This document shows, in pieces, positions 11,613 to 26,788 of a DNA stretch of 64,000 nt; the stretch's first letter is position 1; every line of letters starts with the position of its first letter. Source of the DNA: Octopus vulgaris (Eukaryota); NCBI GenBank assembly GCA_951406725.2, contig OX597830.1, positions 79,112,001 to 79,176,000 of the forward strand. Direction: 5' to 3'. The notes under the pieces are model-generated. The model made no database searches, had not been told where the DNA came from, and saw only the letters and a list, made by a program, of their open reading frames with translations. Position numbers and translations under genes: made by a program.

Positions 11613-13694
11613 TATATATATACACAATTAAGATTCAGTTAAATTAGGTACTTAAGTTGATGCACCAAATCTGTCCAGTATTGTCTGCACAGCTTGAAAT
11701 TAGGTGAACAAAAAGCAAATAAGTAACAAGGATATGCCTGGACATCCTTGTTACTTATTTGCTTTATATGTATATATATATATATATATATGAATGTGTG
11801 CATGTGATTGTGTTTGTCTCCCACCATTTGACAACCATTATTGGTTTGTTTACATCCCCATAACTTAGCTGTTTATCAAAAGCAGACAGATAAAATAAGT
11901 ACAAGACTTTATAAAAAAAAATCCTAGAGTCAATTTATTTGACTTAAATCTTTCAAGACATTGCTCCAGCATGGCTGCAATCAACTGATTGAAACCAGTA
12001 AAAGGCAACAGATAAATGATAAATGAATGCAATTATGACTGATCCATCCTGTTTTCACTGACAAGAGTACATCAGTCAAAGAGAAACAAAAAGAAAATCG
12101 AAATATTTAAAAAAATGCAAAAAAACAACAACATACATATAAAGAATTAAAAGAGAAAACAAATGATAAGAATGAGTGAGGAGAAGGGGAATGGAATTAT
12201 GGGGTGGTGTTGGTGTGGGGTGGCAGGATTTTCCACCCATATTCAGGTTTTTATCCAACTGGTCAAACCAGAAGAACCAACGAGGGGTTTGTAAGTGGTT
12301 TCTTAGTGATACAAGATTGAAGGGTTATTATTTTTTGGAGTATCTGTCTGTTCGTCCCATTGCTGTCTTTTATTAATTAATCTTAAAGCTTCTGTCGCTA
12401 TGGAGATGGTTGTTGTTATTGCTGCCACTGCTACTGCTGCTATTATCATTATTGTTGATTTTTTTAGCATCTGACCAAGCACAAGTAGAAATTATACCTG
12501 TGAGGAAGCCACTACATTCTACTGTTATTTAGCCCCTGGTCAGCCAACACAGGTTGAGCAGATCTATGATGAAAGACATTGCAGCCAAGAAGAACCATTA
12601 TTCTCTACAAAAGGGATTGCATCTTTCGTGTTCTTTTTGATGGAAGAAAAAAGAGTGTGATCTAGAAGGAGGTTTAGCTGTTATCTCTAACAGACCAAGC
12701 AACTACATAGAGGCTTCCCTCATTCTCCTCACCCACCCTCATCAATGCACTCTCTTCCAGTTTCTTATCTCTGTTATGCAGACAATTTTTCATATTAGTC
12801 AAGCATACTTGATTATGAGGGCATTGCACAAATTCTGTAATCCAAGATTGAAAAATTGACACATTTATCTCCCCCCTCTCTCTCTTTCTCTCTCTCTCTC
12901 TCTTGTCTTTTTTAAGCTGTTTAGTCAGGGTGGAAGGGTACTATCCATGAACCCCTCCCACTCGCTGTTTAAAGCCTCAGTGACTGATAGGAAGACAGTT
13001 TCCTCAGACTGGAAACATGGTCAGAATGATTGCAACAGTGTGAACTCAATGGCCAGACGGTGGTATTAAACTGGGTGAGGTGTCAGGTTACTTGTCACAT
13101 ATACATCAACATCATCATCATCATCACCATCATTGTCCGCATTGTAATTTAATGTCTGTTTTCTGTGCTGCCATGGGTTGGATGGTTTGACAAAATCCAG
13201 TGAGCTGCAGGGCTGTGTCAAGTTCTAATGTAAGCTTTGACATGGCTTCTATGGCCGGATGCCCTCTCTAACACCAACCACTTTACAGTCTGTATTGGGT
13301 GCTTTTTTTTTCATGGCACCAGCACTAATGAGGTCACCAAGTAACTTGCAAGACAAGGAGAAAAAATGGAAACATAAAACCACCTCCCTTTCTCAACTAA
13401 GGGACAGTGGTGAGTATTTGAGAGAGGCAACAGTGGTTTTAGGCCAGATATTGAGCATCTACAGGACAATAGAAAGAGACAAGTATAGATGTCTCAGTAT
13501 AGAAGAGATAAATGGCTGCCCCACATTATACAAGGCAGAGAGTAGCAAGAAAGAAGCTGGGGGTGGTGGTGACAAGATGCCAAAGCTAAACTGGATGAGA
13601 TGTTAACCTTTTCTTAACCTTATTTCTGTTGACATACATTGTCATTTATTTATTTCTTTGCTTATTTTTATGTCAACTTTTTTGTAGTAGCATA

Positions 13695-14110
13695 CTCTTT
13701 TACTCTCTTTTACTCTTTTACTTGTTTCAGTCATTTGACTGCGGCCATGCTGGAGCACCGCCTTTAATCGAGCAACTTGACCCCGGGACTTATTCTTTGT
13801 AAGCCCAGTACTTATTCTATCGGTCTCTTTTGCCGAACCGCTAAGTGACGGGAACAAACACATAGCAGCATCAGTTGTCAAGCGATGTTGGGGGTACAAA
13901 TACAGACATACAAACATATACACACACGCACATATATATACATATATACGATGGGCTTCTTTCAGTTTCCGTCTACCAAATCCACTCACAAGGCTTTGGT
14001 CGGCCTGAGGCTATAGTAGAAGACACTTGCCAAAGGTGCCACGCAGTGGGACTGAACCCAGAACCATGTGGTTGGTAAACAAGCTACTTACCACACAGCC
14101 ACTCCTGCGC
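13695..14110 (-). mobile_element. CORE-SINE family B, near consensus
   Basis: Reverse complement of the family B structure. Confidence 0.85.
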
Positions 14111-14369
14111 GGGTTAGATTAATATATTTATTATGAGGCATTAGTTTATATCCAAATAACCTTCCTGTTTTTCACTAGCCCAACATGTTTTTCAAGCAAG
14201 GGATCTTTAATTCTGTACCTTTTCAAAAGTGCAGAGCCAGCAGATAATTTGTTAACTGGAAAAACAACATCACTCTTTGTACCTCAGCAATTTTCAGAAA
14301 ATTACAAATACAAACACTCACATAGATATACATGAATGCACACACATATACATGCACAATCAGAAATTT

Positions 14370-14536
14370 GGGACTGTGTGGTAAGAAGCTTGCTTCCCAA
14401 CCACATGGCTCCTGGTTCAATCCTACTGCGTAGCATCTTGAGCCAAGTGTCTTCTACTATAGCCTTAGGCCAACCAAAGCCTTGTGAGTGGATTTAGTAG
14501 ATGGAAACTGAAAGAAGCCCATCGTATATATGTATA

Positions 14537-14579
<43 letters not shown>

Positions 14580-14790
14580 CTTTGTGTCTATGTTTGTCCC
14601 CCACCACCACTTAACAGCCGGTGTTGGTGTGTTTATGTTCCCATAACTTAGTAGTTTGACAAAAGAGAATGATAGAATAAGTACTAAGCATGAAATATAA
14701 AGACATAAGTCCTGGGGTTGATCTGTTTGACTAAAACCCTTAATGATGGTGCCCTAGCTTGGCTGCAGTCAAGTAAAAGATAAAAGATAT
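14370..14790 (+). mobile_element. CORE-SINE family B
   Basis: Head, CORE motif and tail present. Confidence 0.8.
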
Positions 14791-14810
14791 CCATATGCTC
14801 ACACACAGAT

Positions 14811-14812
<2 letters not shown>

Positions 14813-14850
<38 letters not shown>

Positions 14851-15262
14851 ACACACACATACACACATACATACATACATACATACATACATACACACAC
14901 ACATACATACATGCATACATACATACATACATACATACATACATACATACATACATACATACACACACACATACATACATACATACATACATACATACAT
15001 ACATACACACACACATACATACACGCATACATACATACATACATACATACATACACACACACATACATACATGCATACATGCATACATACATACATACAT
15101 ACATACATACACACACACATACATACATGCATACATACATACATACATACATACATACATACATACATACATACATACATACATACATACATACATACAT
15201 ACATACATACATACATACATACATACATACATACATACATACACACACACATACATACATGC
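14813..15262. repeat. (CA)n/(CATA)n microsatellite
   Basis: Direct reading. Confidence 0.98.
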
Positions 15263-15632
15263 ATGGGATATGTAACACACTGCTTAAATACCAATCTTGA
15301 GAATAAGTCTTCTCAAACTGTGAAAGGAAAAGGCTGATTCCTAGACTACAGATCCAATCCATAACTGGGACTGTAAATATCTGTAAAACTTTCCAGGCGT
15401 TTATCATTAAAGTATATATGTGCATGTCTAGACATGCAGCTATGTGCACGAGAATACAAAGATAAAACAAAACATACAAACTGCACATACACATAACATA
15501 CAAAAATACCCTGTTGGTGTTGTTGAAATTCCAGTGAAACGAGGCTTGGATCTAGGTTAGAAACAGGCTCTTTCTCTACTGGCAAGAAATCTTGAAATAA
15601 AATAATATACACACACACACACTTACACACAC

Positions 15633-15709
<77 letters not shown>

Positions 15710-16286
15710 ATATGTCTGACTCTATACAGTTTCCGTCTACTTCTACATGAGGAACAAACAAGGGGATATGACAAAGACAATAGTGGCAATCCCTAATAGG
15801 AAGGGGGCCTTGTAAATAATGATCAAACAAATTCTAAACCCATAATCAGACCCACATGTCATACAAATATCAGTTTTTGATATAAAGAAAATACCAATAT
15901 TAGGTACTACAACTAAACGTATAGTGTACAGCAGGACTATGACATGTGTACACAACATAGAGTATATTGCGATGTTGGTTGGAAAAAAAAAGTGCTTAGC
16001 TGTCACTTGTAAACAAGTGTGACCATGGCAGCTTGTATCATGCTTTTGCTCATTGTTTTAGATGCTGATGTAGTCATGAGCAGACATAATCATTCTCTTG
16101 GCCTACCCTTCCTTGACCCAGTGAGACAATGAAAACCTGACAGATGAAGGGAGGGAGAGTGAGGTGCACAAACTGTTGGCTGAAACCTATTTTCATCAGT
16201 GTAGACTGAACCAATTTGAAGTAAAGTGCTTTGCTCAAGGATTCAGTACAATACCCAGACAAGGAATCAAACTTACAACCTTACAA

Positions 16287-16933
16287 TGTTTATTTCTTTA
16301 TTGCCCACAGGGCACTAAACATAGAGGGGACAGACAAGGACAGACAGAGATTAAGCCGATTACATCGACCCCAGTGCATAACTGGTATTTATTTAATTGA
16401 CTCCAAAAGGATGAAAGGCAAAGTCAACCTTGGTGGAATTTGAACTCAGCAAGTAACAGCAGACAAAATACCTATTTCTATTTCTTTACTACACACAAGG
16501 GGCTAAAAACAGAGAGGACTGACAAGGACAGACAAACGGATTAAGTCGATTACATCGACCCCAGTGCGTAACTGGTACTTAATTTATCGACCCCAGAAGG
16601 ATGAAAGGCAAAGTTGACCTTGGCTGAATTTGAACTCAGAACATAACGGCAGACGAAATACTACTAAGCATTTCACCCTGCATGCTAACAATTCTGTCAA
16701 CTTGCTGCCCTTAATATTCTTTTCTACTCTAGGCACAAGGCCTGAAATTTTTGAGGATGGGCCCAGTCAATTAGACCAACTCCAGTACACAACTGGTACT
16801 TAATTTATCAACCCCAAGAGGATGAAACGCAAAGTCAACCTCGGCGGAATTTGAACTCAGCACGTAACCGCAGATGAAATACCGCTAAGCATTTCGCCCT
16901 GCATGCTAACGATTCTGCCAGCTCGCTGCCCTT
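16287..16933 (-). mobile_element. Family A SINE multimer plus adjacent copy
   Basis: Three consecutive B-box/core units, one joined at GACAAAATAC|CTATTTC. Confidence 0.8.
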
Positions 16934-17512
16934 AATATTGAAGCAAACATGTGACTTGCAAGGTCACACACCTTCACCACCAGGGACTGCAACCATATTG
17001 TACGGAGAATACTGCAGAATTTAGGGATCTCTATACAACATGCAGAATATTGTACTACTGGGTTCTTCAGACATTTGCGGAGCATTTTGAGACTTGTAAA
17101 GGCACGTGGCTAAGTAGCTGAAGGGTTGTTGGCATCTTGGTCATAAGCAAGTGAGTGGGATTCCTAGAATGAAAGCATGAGATCCATATTTCACTGTAGA
17201 TGCAGCTTATCAACATGGCATGCATGTAACACTTTAGAGACAGAATCAAATCTGTTAGTCCAAAATATATGTAGGTAGTGTATGAAACATTCTCTGGTTT
17301 GTAGTAGCACTGCATAAACAGATATATATATATATATATATACAATGTGCATTATTAGCACTGTATACATTAATATGTATACAGTACCAGTACTGAACAT
17401 TGAGTTCTCTGTTGATACAACAGAAAATATTACAAACAAAATACTAAACATAAACAAAGTGTACAGAGCTGCATTCAGGAGTTCAGATAAAATACAAAAT
17501 AAATATAACTGA

Positions 17513-17795
<283 letters not shown>

Positions 17796-17819
17796 ATAAT
17801 AATAATAATGATAATGATA

Positions 17820-17874
<55 letters not shown>

Positions 17875-18719
17875 CGATGATGATGATAATGGCTTCAAAT
17901 TTTGGCACAGAGCCAGAAGTTCTTTAGGGAGGGGGAAGTCAATTACATTGACCACCCCCCACCAGTGATTGAGTGGTACTTATTTTGTTGACCCTGATGA
18001 TTTTTAAAATGAGAATATCTGAAATAAACACAACTGCTCTCACAAATGAGAATATTAAAAATGAACCCGACCATTCTCAAAAATTAAGTAAAAAAAAAAC
18101 AGGAAAAATAATCCAGAATCCTTGTCCCCTACTGAATTGATCCCAATATCTAATCAGTTCATGCCAGTCCCGAGGCCAAACATCCCTTACATAAAGTATT
18201 TTCATACTGTAAAAATAATAATCTTTCTACTATATGTACAAGGCCTGAAATTTGTGGAGAGGGGACTAGTTGATTATATCGAGCCCAGTATCTCACTGGT
18301 ACTTAATTTATCAACCCCAAAAGGATGAAAGGCAAAGTTGACCTCGGTGGGATTTGAACTCAGAATGTAGTGATGGGCAAAATACTGCTAAGTATTTCCC
18401 CCCCGATATGCTAATGATTCTCCCAGGTCACCGCCTTACTACTGTAAAAATAATAACACCAAAACAAACTGCGCTACCAACTGTGGTTGAAAGAGTGGTG
18501 AGAGCACACAATAAAAATGAATTGAATGGTAATAATGTTTTCTGATTTAGGCACAAGGCCAGTAATTTTGAGGAATGGGGTTAGTTTTTGTCATTGGCTG
18601 GTAATTTATTTCACTGACCCCCACCACACGGGTGACAGGTAAAATTGATGTTAGCAAGATTTGAATTCATTGTATAAAGATCCAGAAAGAATACTACGAA
18701 GTATTTTGTCTGATATCCT

Positions 18720-19066
18720 ATAGAAAAGGAAAGTGAGGGTAGAGAGGAGGGTGCTGCCTTCCAGCGATTTTGTCAAAACGTGGGTGAATGTAGCACGAAA
18801 GGCTCGAGTGAATAGGCATACTCTAAACAAGCAACTCAAGATCAAGGTTGGATGAAGAGAAAAGGGTACTTGCCCAAGAGGTCAGGGGGTTCATGGTTTT
18901 TCTGGGGTTTCCACAAGCAGCCCTTGGAAGTTGCCCACTTTTGGGGATTTAACTGTTTAATTTTTATTGTTTTTCTTTATTTACACATTCCAATCCCACT
19001 TGTTTTGTACTGTCCTGTATTGTCCCCAATCTTTTATATGAACCCTCAGTGGTTAATAAAGAAAAG
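18720..19066 (+). mobile_element. L1/Tx1-like LINE 3' end
   Basis: KRKVRVERRVLPSSDFVKTWVNVARK..stop, T-rich UTR, GTGGTTAATAAAGAAAAG end; related to 32146-32510. Confidence 0.5.
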
Positions 19067-19069
19067 ATT

Positions 19070-19323
19070 ATTATTATTATTATTATTATTCAGTAGTTTT
19101 ATTTTTATAGCGTGCTTTGACTTCACTACTGAGTGCAGCTCTGTGTGCCTTGGGTATGTGCTGTGGTTTGTTGTGGTGCTCTTACGGTTACCGTATTGAA
19201 AGTGTTTTGCGTAGAATGTGTGCAGTGCCCAATAGTGCAATTTTCTGTATGTTATATGTGTTTGTAAGTCCTGGTGTTTTTGTCTCAATATTTTTTTTAT
19301 CATACCTAATGCGCCTACTATGA
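19070..19323 (-). mobile_element. Dong/R4-clade LINE 3' end
   Basis: IIVGALGMIKK..TYNIQKIALLGTAHILRKTLSIR-stop, short UTR, (AAT)n tail. Confidence 0.75.
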
Positions 19324-19443
19324 TAGGTACAAAGCCTGAAATTTGTGGGGAGGGGACTAGTTGATTACATCAAGCCCAGTGTCTCACTGGTACTTAATTT
19401 ATCAACCCCAAAAGGATGAAAGGCAAAGTTGAGCTCGGCAAAC

Positions 19444-19494
<51 letters not shown>

Positions 19495-19712
19495 GCAGCA
19501 AACTAGCACAATCATTAGCATGTTGGAAAAAATGTTCAATGGTATTTTCTTTCAGCTTTACATTCTGAGTTCAAATTACCCTGAGATCAACTTTGCTTTT
19601 CATTCTTTCAGGGTCAACAAAATAGGTACTACTCAATCACTGGAGGGGGGGGTCAATGTAATTGACTTCCCCTTCCCACAAGAACTTCTGGCTCTGTGCC
19701 AAAATTTGAAGC

Positions 19713-19713
<1 letters not shown>

Positions 19714-19751
<38 letters not shown>

Positions 19752-19769
19752 CATTATTATTATTATTAA

Positions 19770-19808
<39 letters not shown>

Positions 19809-19822
19809 CATTATTATTATTA

Positions 19823-19854
<32 letters not shown>

Positions 19855-19861
19855 TTTATTT

Positions 19862-19943
<82 letters not shown>
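19714..19943. repeat. (ATT)n microsatellite
   Basis: Direct reading. Confidence 0.98.
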
Positions 19944-19944
<1 letters not shown>

Positions 19945-20468
19945 GGTGTCAAGATGGCAGAATTATTAACATGTCAGAAAAAATGCTTCCGGCACATCCA
20001 CTGGTTTTACATACTGAATTCAAATTCTGCTTAGGTTGACTTTGCCCTTCACCTTTTTGGGGTTAATAAAAAAAGTACCAGTTGAATACTTAGGTCAGTG
20101 TAGTCAATAGTCCCCTCCCTCGAAATTTCAGGTTTTGTGTCCATTACAAAGGATTATTATTATAAGGTTTTAAAGGACAGTAGGTTTTCTGTTTTTTTCT
20201 TTCTTTCTTTCTTTATTACTACTAGTATTAATGGTGGTGGTGGCATTGGATGTGATGGTGGTAGTGACTCTTTACATTCTGAGTTCAAATTTGTCTTTCG
20301 TTCTTCCAGGTTTGACAAAATAGAGTATCAGTCAAGTATGGGGCAGTGAGGGGTCAACTTAATTTCTTCCCCCCCTCTCCCCTGCCCTCAAAATTGTCAG
20401 GCCTTGTGCCAAATTTTCAAACAGCTAATTGCATTATTGTGATGGTGATGATGATGATGACAAGGACA

Positions 20469-20510
<42 letters not shown>

Positions 20511-21054
20511 GTGGTGATGGTGGGGGTGGGGGTGGTAATAATGATGGCAAAAGAGTCAACAGAGAAGGAGAAAAGTGAGAGTGTGAAACAAATATATGCA
20601 AAAAACTTCAGACCAAACACACACACACACAAATTAAAAAACTAAAAGGAACAAACCTTATTTCTCCGTAACAAAAATATATTTAAATCCTCCTCCATAT
20701 CTCATGCGAAGTTACCATTCCAATAAATGCAGTTTTTGCGTCAAAGGCTATCCAGACATAAAATGAATATCTATATATTTATGTATAATCTATATATGTA
20801 TGTATGTATGTGTATTTATATATATGTGCACAGCTTTATGTATGTATATGTATGTACTGTATGTGTGCTCAATTTATGTATGACTGCACATTCCGATATA
20901 TGTATCTATTAATCAATATCTATATAAATAGATCAATATATGCATAGAAACACGATTATCTTATACCAACTACCTAATATTTGTCTTAAAAAGCATTTAT
21001 GTAAACAAAGAGTTTACATACACAGAAATTTGTATGTTTATATATGTATGTATA

Positions 21055-21090
<36 letters not shown>

Positions 21091-21387
21091 TGTATGTATT
21101 TGTGTTTATGTATGTGTGTATATATATATATATATATATGTGTGTGTTTGTAAATAATAGTTAGGGAGACTATATATATATTATATATATGTGTGTGTGT
21201 GTGTGTATGTAGAGAAAGGTGTACTCTACAGGTAGTCTAAATCACTATATCCATATTGTCATTAACGTGTTTATGTGTTCATATATATATATGGAGAAAA
21301 CTCAGGTAAACTTGATGGCCAGACCATAGGTATACATCTCTGTCTTACAATGATCAAGGTTTTAAAGGACAGGATATTTTCTGTTTT

Positions 21388-21427
<40 letters not shown>

Positions 21428-22207
21428 TATTACTATTAGTATTAATAGAGGTGGTGGTGGCATTGGAGGTAATGGTGGTAGTGACAGTAGTAACAGCAGG
21501 TGTAGTAACAGTATCAGCAGAAGCTATAATAATATGTAGTAGTGGTGGTGGTGGTGGTGGTGATAGTGGTGATGGTGGTGATGGTGGTGGTGGTGGTGGC
21601 GGTGATGGTGGTGGTGGTAGTGTTTTTTTTTATTGTTTTCTATGTTGACAATGTGTGACAGGTAAGAAAGAGAAAAAAAAAAGCCAGCTTACAGTAAGTA
21701 CTAAGTAAAGAAAAAAGACAGAAGTGTGGTTTGTGTGTGTGTGTGTGTGTGTGTATGTGTGTGGGTGTGTATGTATATGAATATATATATGTGTGTGTGT
21801 GTGTGTGTGTATGCATCTATGTATATGAATATGTATGTAAATATATGTGTCTGTGTGTTTGTGTGTATACATATGAATATATATGTATTTGTATGTGTGC
21901 ATGGATATATGTATATATACATATGTATGTTATATGTATATACATTTGTGTATGTATAGATGTGTATGTATATATATATATATGTATATATGTATTTAAA
22001 TATATATATATACAATATATGCAGGTACATCAAATCTTGATAAATATATAGATACATATATAGATATGTATACAGGTGTATGTGTCTGTCTATCTAGCTA
22101 TCAATATATATATATACATATGTGTGTGTGTGAGTGTGTGTGTGTATATATGTGTGTGTGTGTGTATTTATATATTTATATATATAAATACATGTGTGTG
22201 TGTGTAT

Positions 22208-22257
<50 letters not shown>

Positions 22258-22701
22258 AGCAGAGGTGACAGAAATTAAAAAGGGGGACAAGAGAGAAGGA
22301 GAGTAAAGACAAATGGGAGAGAGAGGAGTAAAGACCAAAGGAGAGAAAGAGAGCAGGGTAATAGAGAAGACAGGTGAGGTAGGTGAGAATTGGCAATGAA
22401 AGACAGGTAAGCATATAGGTGGGGTTAGTAGCACCACATGACCATCACCATTATCATGGACAGCATCACTGTCCTCCACACCACTAGCATCCACATCACC
22501 ATCACCATCACTGCTACCACCAATACTGTCAGCATCTCTCCCTCAGACAGCTGGGGCCCTGAGGAATGGCCACAGGGGTTCAATTATTATTTTAAATGGC
22601 CATCATTTCCTCCCACTCCACCAATCACTATCACTAACACCTCTCTACCATCTCTAACACAGCCACTACCACCACAACTACCATTATTATTATTATTATT
22701 A

Positions 22702-22808
<107 letters not shown>

Positions 22809-23101
22809 CGTTATTATTGCTGCTGCTTGTTTCACCTTCCTCTTTCCTCTAACAACAAGTGTCTTCTCTGATCACCTGACACACATGTATAGACAAGCAG
22901 ATAGACACCACATGTACACATGCATGCACGTACACACATATACACACACACACATATGCACATGCACACATTTACCCTCACACACAAGCAGCCCTTTGTG
23001 TGTATACGTGTGTATGTGTATTTGTGTGCGTCTATGTGCGTGAGGGAGAGAAAGAGTAAGAGGAATGAAAGAAGGGGGGAAACAAGTAAAATAAATCTAG
23101 T

Positions 23102-23180
<79 letters not shown>

Positions 23181-23380
23181 TTAGAAATGTTTACAGTGTA
23201 TTTAATTGCACCTGCTCATGGTACCAGTTTACAAGTTGTTGTTGGAGCCAGCAAGACTTTCCATGTTAGATTGTTATGTGATGACAGGATGTGGGGATAC
23301 AGTGGTTCAAATTTCTATCAATGAAATTAGTTATAAGTCTATATGATGATAAAGATGTTGATGGTATTGTTAGTTGTGAA

Positions 23381-23613
23381 AAGGCAGTGAGCTGGCAGAA
23401 TCGTTAGCACACCGGGCGAAATGCTCAATGGTATTTCCTTTGCCGTTACGTTCTGAGTTTAAATTCCGCCAAGGTCGACTTTGCCTTTCATCCTTTCAGG
23501 GTCGATTAAATAAGTACCAGTTACGCACTGGGGTCGATATAATCGACTTAATCCGTTTGTCTGCCCTTGTTTGTCCTCTCTGTGTTTAGCCCCTTGTGGG
23601 TAGTAAAGAAATA
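23381..23613 (+). mobile_element. Family A SINE
   Basis: Full length; ~17-bp TSD GG(T/C)ATTGTTAGT(T/C)GTGA. Confidence 0.9.
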
Positions 23614-23857
23614 GGCATTGTTAGTCGTGATTGTGGTGGTGATGATGAAAATGATGGTGGTACTGGTCTGTAATATTGTTGTGTTGGTGATGGTGGTAGT
23701 GGTGGTGACAAGAATGGTGGAGGTGGCAATGATGGTGATGATCATAATGGCAGTAGTGCTATTAATTATGATACAGCTAACGAAGGATTAATTTTTTTTT
23801 TTAAGTTCCAGCTTCACAAAATATACCTTTTTTGTGCCCAACACTTGTGTCAGAAGT

Positions 23858-24110
23858 CATCATCATCATCATCATAGTTTAACGTTCGTTTTCCAAGCTA
23901 GCTTGGATTGGATGGTTTGACCGGGGTCTGGTAAGCCAAGAGTCTGCACCAGGCTCCAATCTGATCTGGCAGTGTTTCTACAGCTGGATGCCCTTCCTAA
24001 CGCCAACCACTCCATGAGTGTAGTGGGTGCTTTTTACGTGCCACCAGCACAGGAGCCAGAGAAGGCTGGCAAACAGCCACGATCAGTTGGTGCTTTTACA
24101 TGTCACCGAC
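23858..24110 (-). mobile_element. Family C SINE
   Basis: (CAT)n then CAGCTGGATGCCCTTCCTAACGCCAAC. Confidence 0.8.
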
Positions 24111-24415
24111 AGAAATAAATTCAAATATTAGAAAGCCTTTGCAATGATAAAAAGTTATATACAAATTTAAAAAACATTTATGGTATACTTTCAATGTGAG
24201 TTAAGAGAGTGATGACGGAGTCTCCTAAGAGATCTTTTTTACAATTTGTTGATCACTCTCAGAGAAGATGTACCCAATCTCCTTCCTATAGCATAGAATG
24301 TTCAGCTACCATTTAAAGCTTCCAGCAACCAAGCCATCACTGTGATGGATAGTTTCATTTGCATATTTTTGACTTGTCATTAAATCATGAGGCAGCAGTT
24401 CTCAAATAAATTTAA

Positions 24416-24642
24416 CCCATTTTTTTTTTTACCATATTTCTTTTGAGATTCTCTGTGTTGCTTTCAGTTAATTTTAGATAAAACAAAGAATTTAGTAAAA
24501 TAACTTAGTTATCATTAAGCTAGTATTAGGAACATAAATTGTGGCTTGGGTTTAGCAGAAGATTTTAATTAAGAACTTTTAAAAACAAGACATTTATACT
24601 ACAGAGCCAGAGGCAATTTCAAGCAGGTTGGTATCAAAAGGG
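24416..24642. mobile_element. piggyBac-type MITE (second family)
   Basis: TTAA|CCCATTT...AAAAGGG|TTGA; related piece near 35105-35235 in opposite orientation. Confidence 0.55.
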
Positions 24643-24944
24643 TTGACTATCTGAGAGCCATTAGATGTGATAAAGAGCATTTTAAGAATACAAACACATT
24701 TCTTTTATACTTTTGATATACACAAGGATATAGGGTGGTGGTCTTCCGATGGATTGTTTCACAGTTTATTGATTGCTTTAGAAAGTATTTAGTATGCTTA
24801 ACTTCTGTCACATGCTGTGTTGCACTGCTGTTTACTGATAAGGTATTTGCCAAGTGCTTCAGATAGAATATTTTGATTTCAGTCTTAGAAACAGTGTAGT
24901 GTGTTTCCTATAACTTATAGAGAACCTTATTTATGGAAATATAT

Positions 24945-25140
24945 TCGAAGGTATGTGTGCTACTTTCCTTGCAAACATCAGCTCCGCTGGTGAGCTACCT
25001 GCTGGTGTATTCAGATTTGGTTTCACATGGTACACTCTTAAAAATTGTTGTCGAGCTACCTCATCCGTAACTTCCTTATTTGACTTTCTTAGGGCTCTCT
25101 TGAAGGTATTGACAAGGAGTTCTATCTTCCCATTAGATCT
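24945..25140 (-). mobile_element. Ty3/Gypsy integrase fragment
   Basis: RSNGKIELLVNTFKRALRK...FLRVY..PN..TPAGSSPAELMFARKV. Confidence 0.85.
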
Positions 25141-25600
25141 TGCCAGTGGCACATAAAAGGGCACTATTCGAGTGTGATCATTACCAGCATCGCCTTACTG
25201 GTACTTGTGCCCGTGCTAGTAGGGTGCCAAGAGCAGTATCCGAGTGTGATCGTTACCAGAGCAGCCAACTGGCTTCTGTGCCGGTGGCACGTACAAGGGC
25301 ACCATTCGAGCGTGACCATTACCAGTGTCGCCTTACTGACACCTGTGCCGGTGACATGTGTAAAAAGATTCAAGTGAGGTCATTGCCAGCACTGCCTGAC
25401 TGGCCCCCATGCCGGTGGCACGTAAAAAGCACCCACTACACTCTCAGAGTGGTTGGCATTAGGAAGGGCATCCAGCTGTAGAAACTCTGCCAGATCAAGA
25501 CTGGAGCCTTGTGCAGCCATCTGGTTCCCTAGCCCTCAGTCAAAATCGTCCAACCCATGCTAGCATGGAAAGTGGATGTTAAACGATGATGATGATGATG
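25140..25600 (+). mobile_element. Family C SINE with internal ~65-bp tandem units
   Basis: Five TGCC-start units (TGCCRGTGGCA consensus) precede the GGAAGGGCATCCAGCTGTAGAAA motif and (GAT)n tail. Confidence 0.85.
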
Positions 25601-26296
25601 ACATACATGAGAAAGGGGATACCTATGTACCATTAATAAGTTTGCAAATCCAGTACCCAAGACACTTTTAGCCTCATAGTTATTATTATTGGAGCAACAG
25701 GATTCATACCAACCTGTCTGGAGCAAAGTGTGGTTGAACTTGGGGTTTTGGGGAGAGAATGCAAATCTATAATTTGTATGCTATAAATGATTACGATATA
25801 AGGAACCACAAAAATCTGCAAGACCTTCTTAAGATTTAAAGGATGGTGGTTAAAACAAGATTCTTTCCTTGACAACCTTGCTACCAAGTAGGTGACTAGT
25901 CAAAATGTACTCAAAACATTAGAAAGAGAACATACATAGGTGTGTGTGTGTGTGTGTGTGTGTTAATCATTGTTATCATCCACATTTTACTGTTCAATTT
26001 TCCATGTCCACATTGGTTGGGCAGAAATTTGCCGAAGCAGATTTTCTCAGGCCGTATATCCTTCCTGTAGCCAACGCATGACTGTTTCCAAGCAAGCTAA
26101 ATTTTCCAAAATGGACAGACATGTTTTTCACAGAATACTAGAAATTAATGACACTCAATTAATGACATTCATTTACAACTAGTATACAATGTTGAGGCAA
26201 TGAAATACACACACTCATACCCATCTATGCATGCACACACAAGCATACGTGTGTGTATGTATATAAATATGTGTGTGTGTATGTATATATATGTAT

Positions 26297-26735
26297 TTTT
26301 CCATTGTCTTGGCTTAACAACCCTCATCGTTTGTTTTTACTGTGTTATTCTCTTTGTTCTGTCTTTTATTGTTTTTACTTTTATTGTTTTTACTGTCTTG
26401 TTTTGTTCTTACTGTCCTGTTCTTGTTACCACTTTTACTCCTCCGCAAAAAATCCCAAATTTTATTGGACCGTTTCAACGAAGTCGCGTCTTGTCCTTAC
26501 CTTCGAAATGCGGAGTAGCCGAAACAGGGGCAACTGAAGAAGGGGAATATTCCTTGTGTTGTATATCTTGTACTCTGTTTTTTCGTTGTTTGAAAAAAAG
26601 TCTCTTCCATGTTTTTGGTTTTATGTTTTCGTTTCTCATTGTGTTCTACGTTTTTTTGTGTCCTGTACCCATATATGCATGTATATATACATATAGATGT
26701 AGGTATGTACATATATGTATGTATATATGCATATG
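26297..26735. repeat. Unclassified dispersed T-rich repeat
   Basis: Similar to 43240-43560 (same strand) and 3870-3970 (opposite strand). Confidence 0.55.
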
Positions 26736-26744
26736 TTTTATTTA

Positions 26745-26785
<41 letters not shown>

Positions 26786-26788
<3 letters not shown>

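Noticed and set aside
26515-26560. CTGAAGA/CTGATGA motifs here, at 33423 and at 43411 as hammerheads
   Set aside because: No correctly placed GAAA box with closing stems I and III
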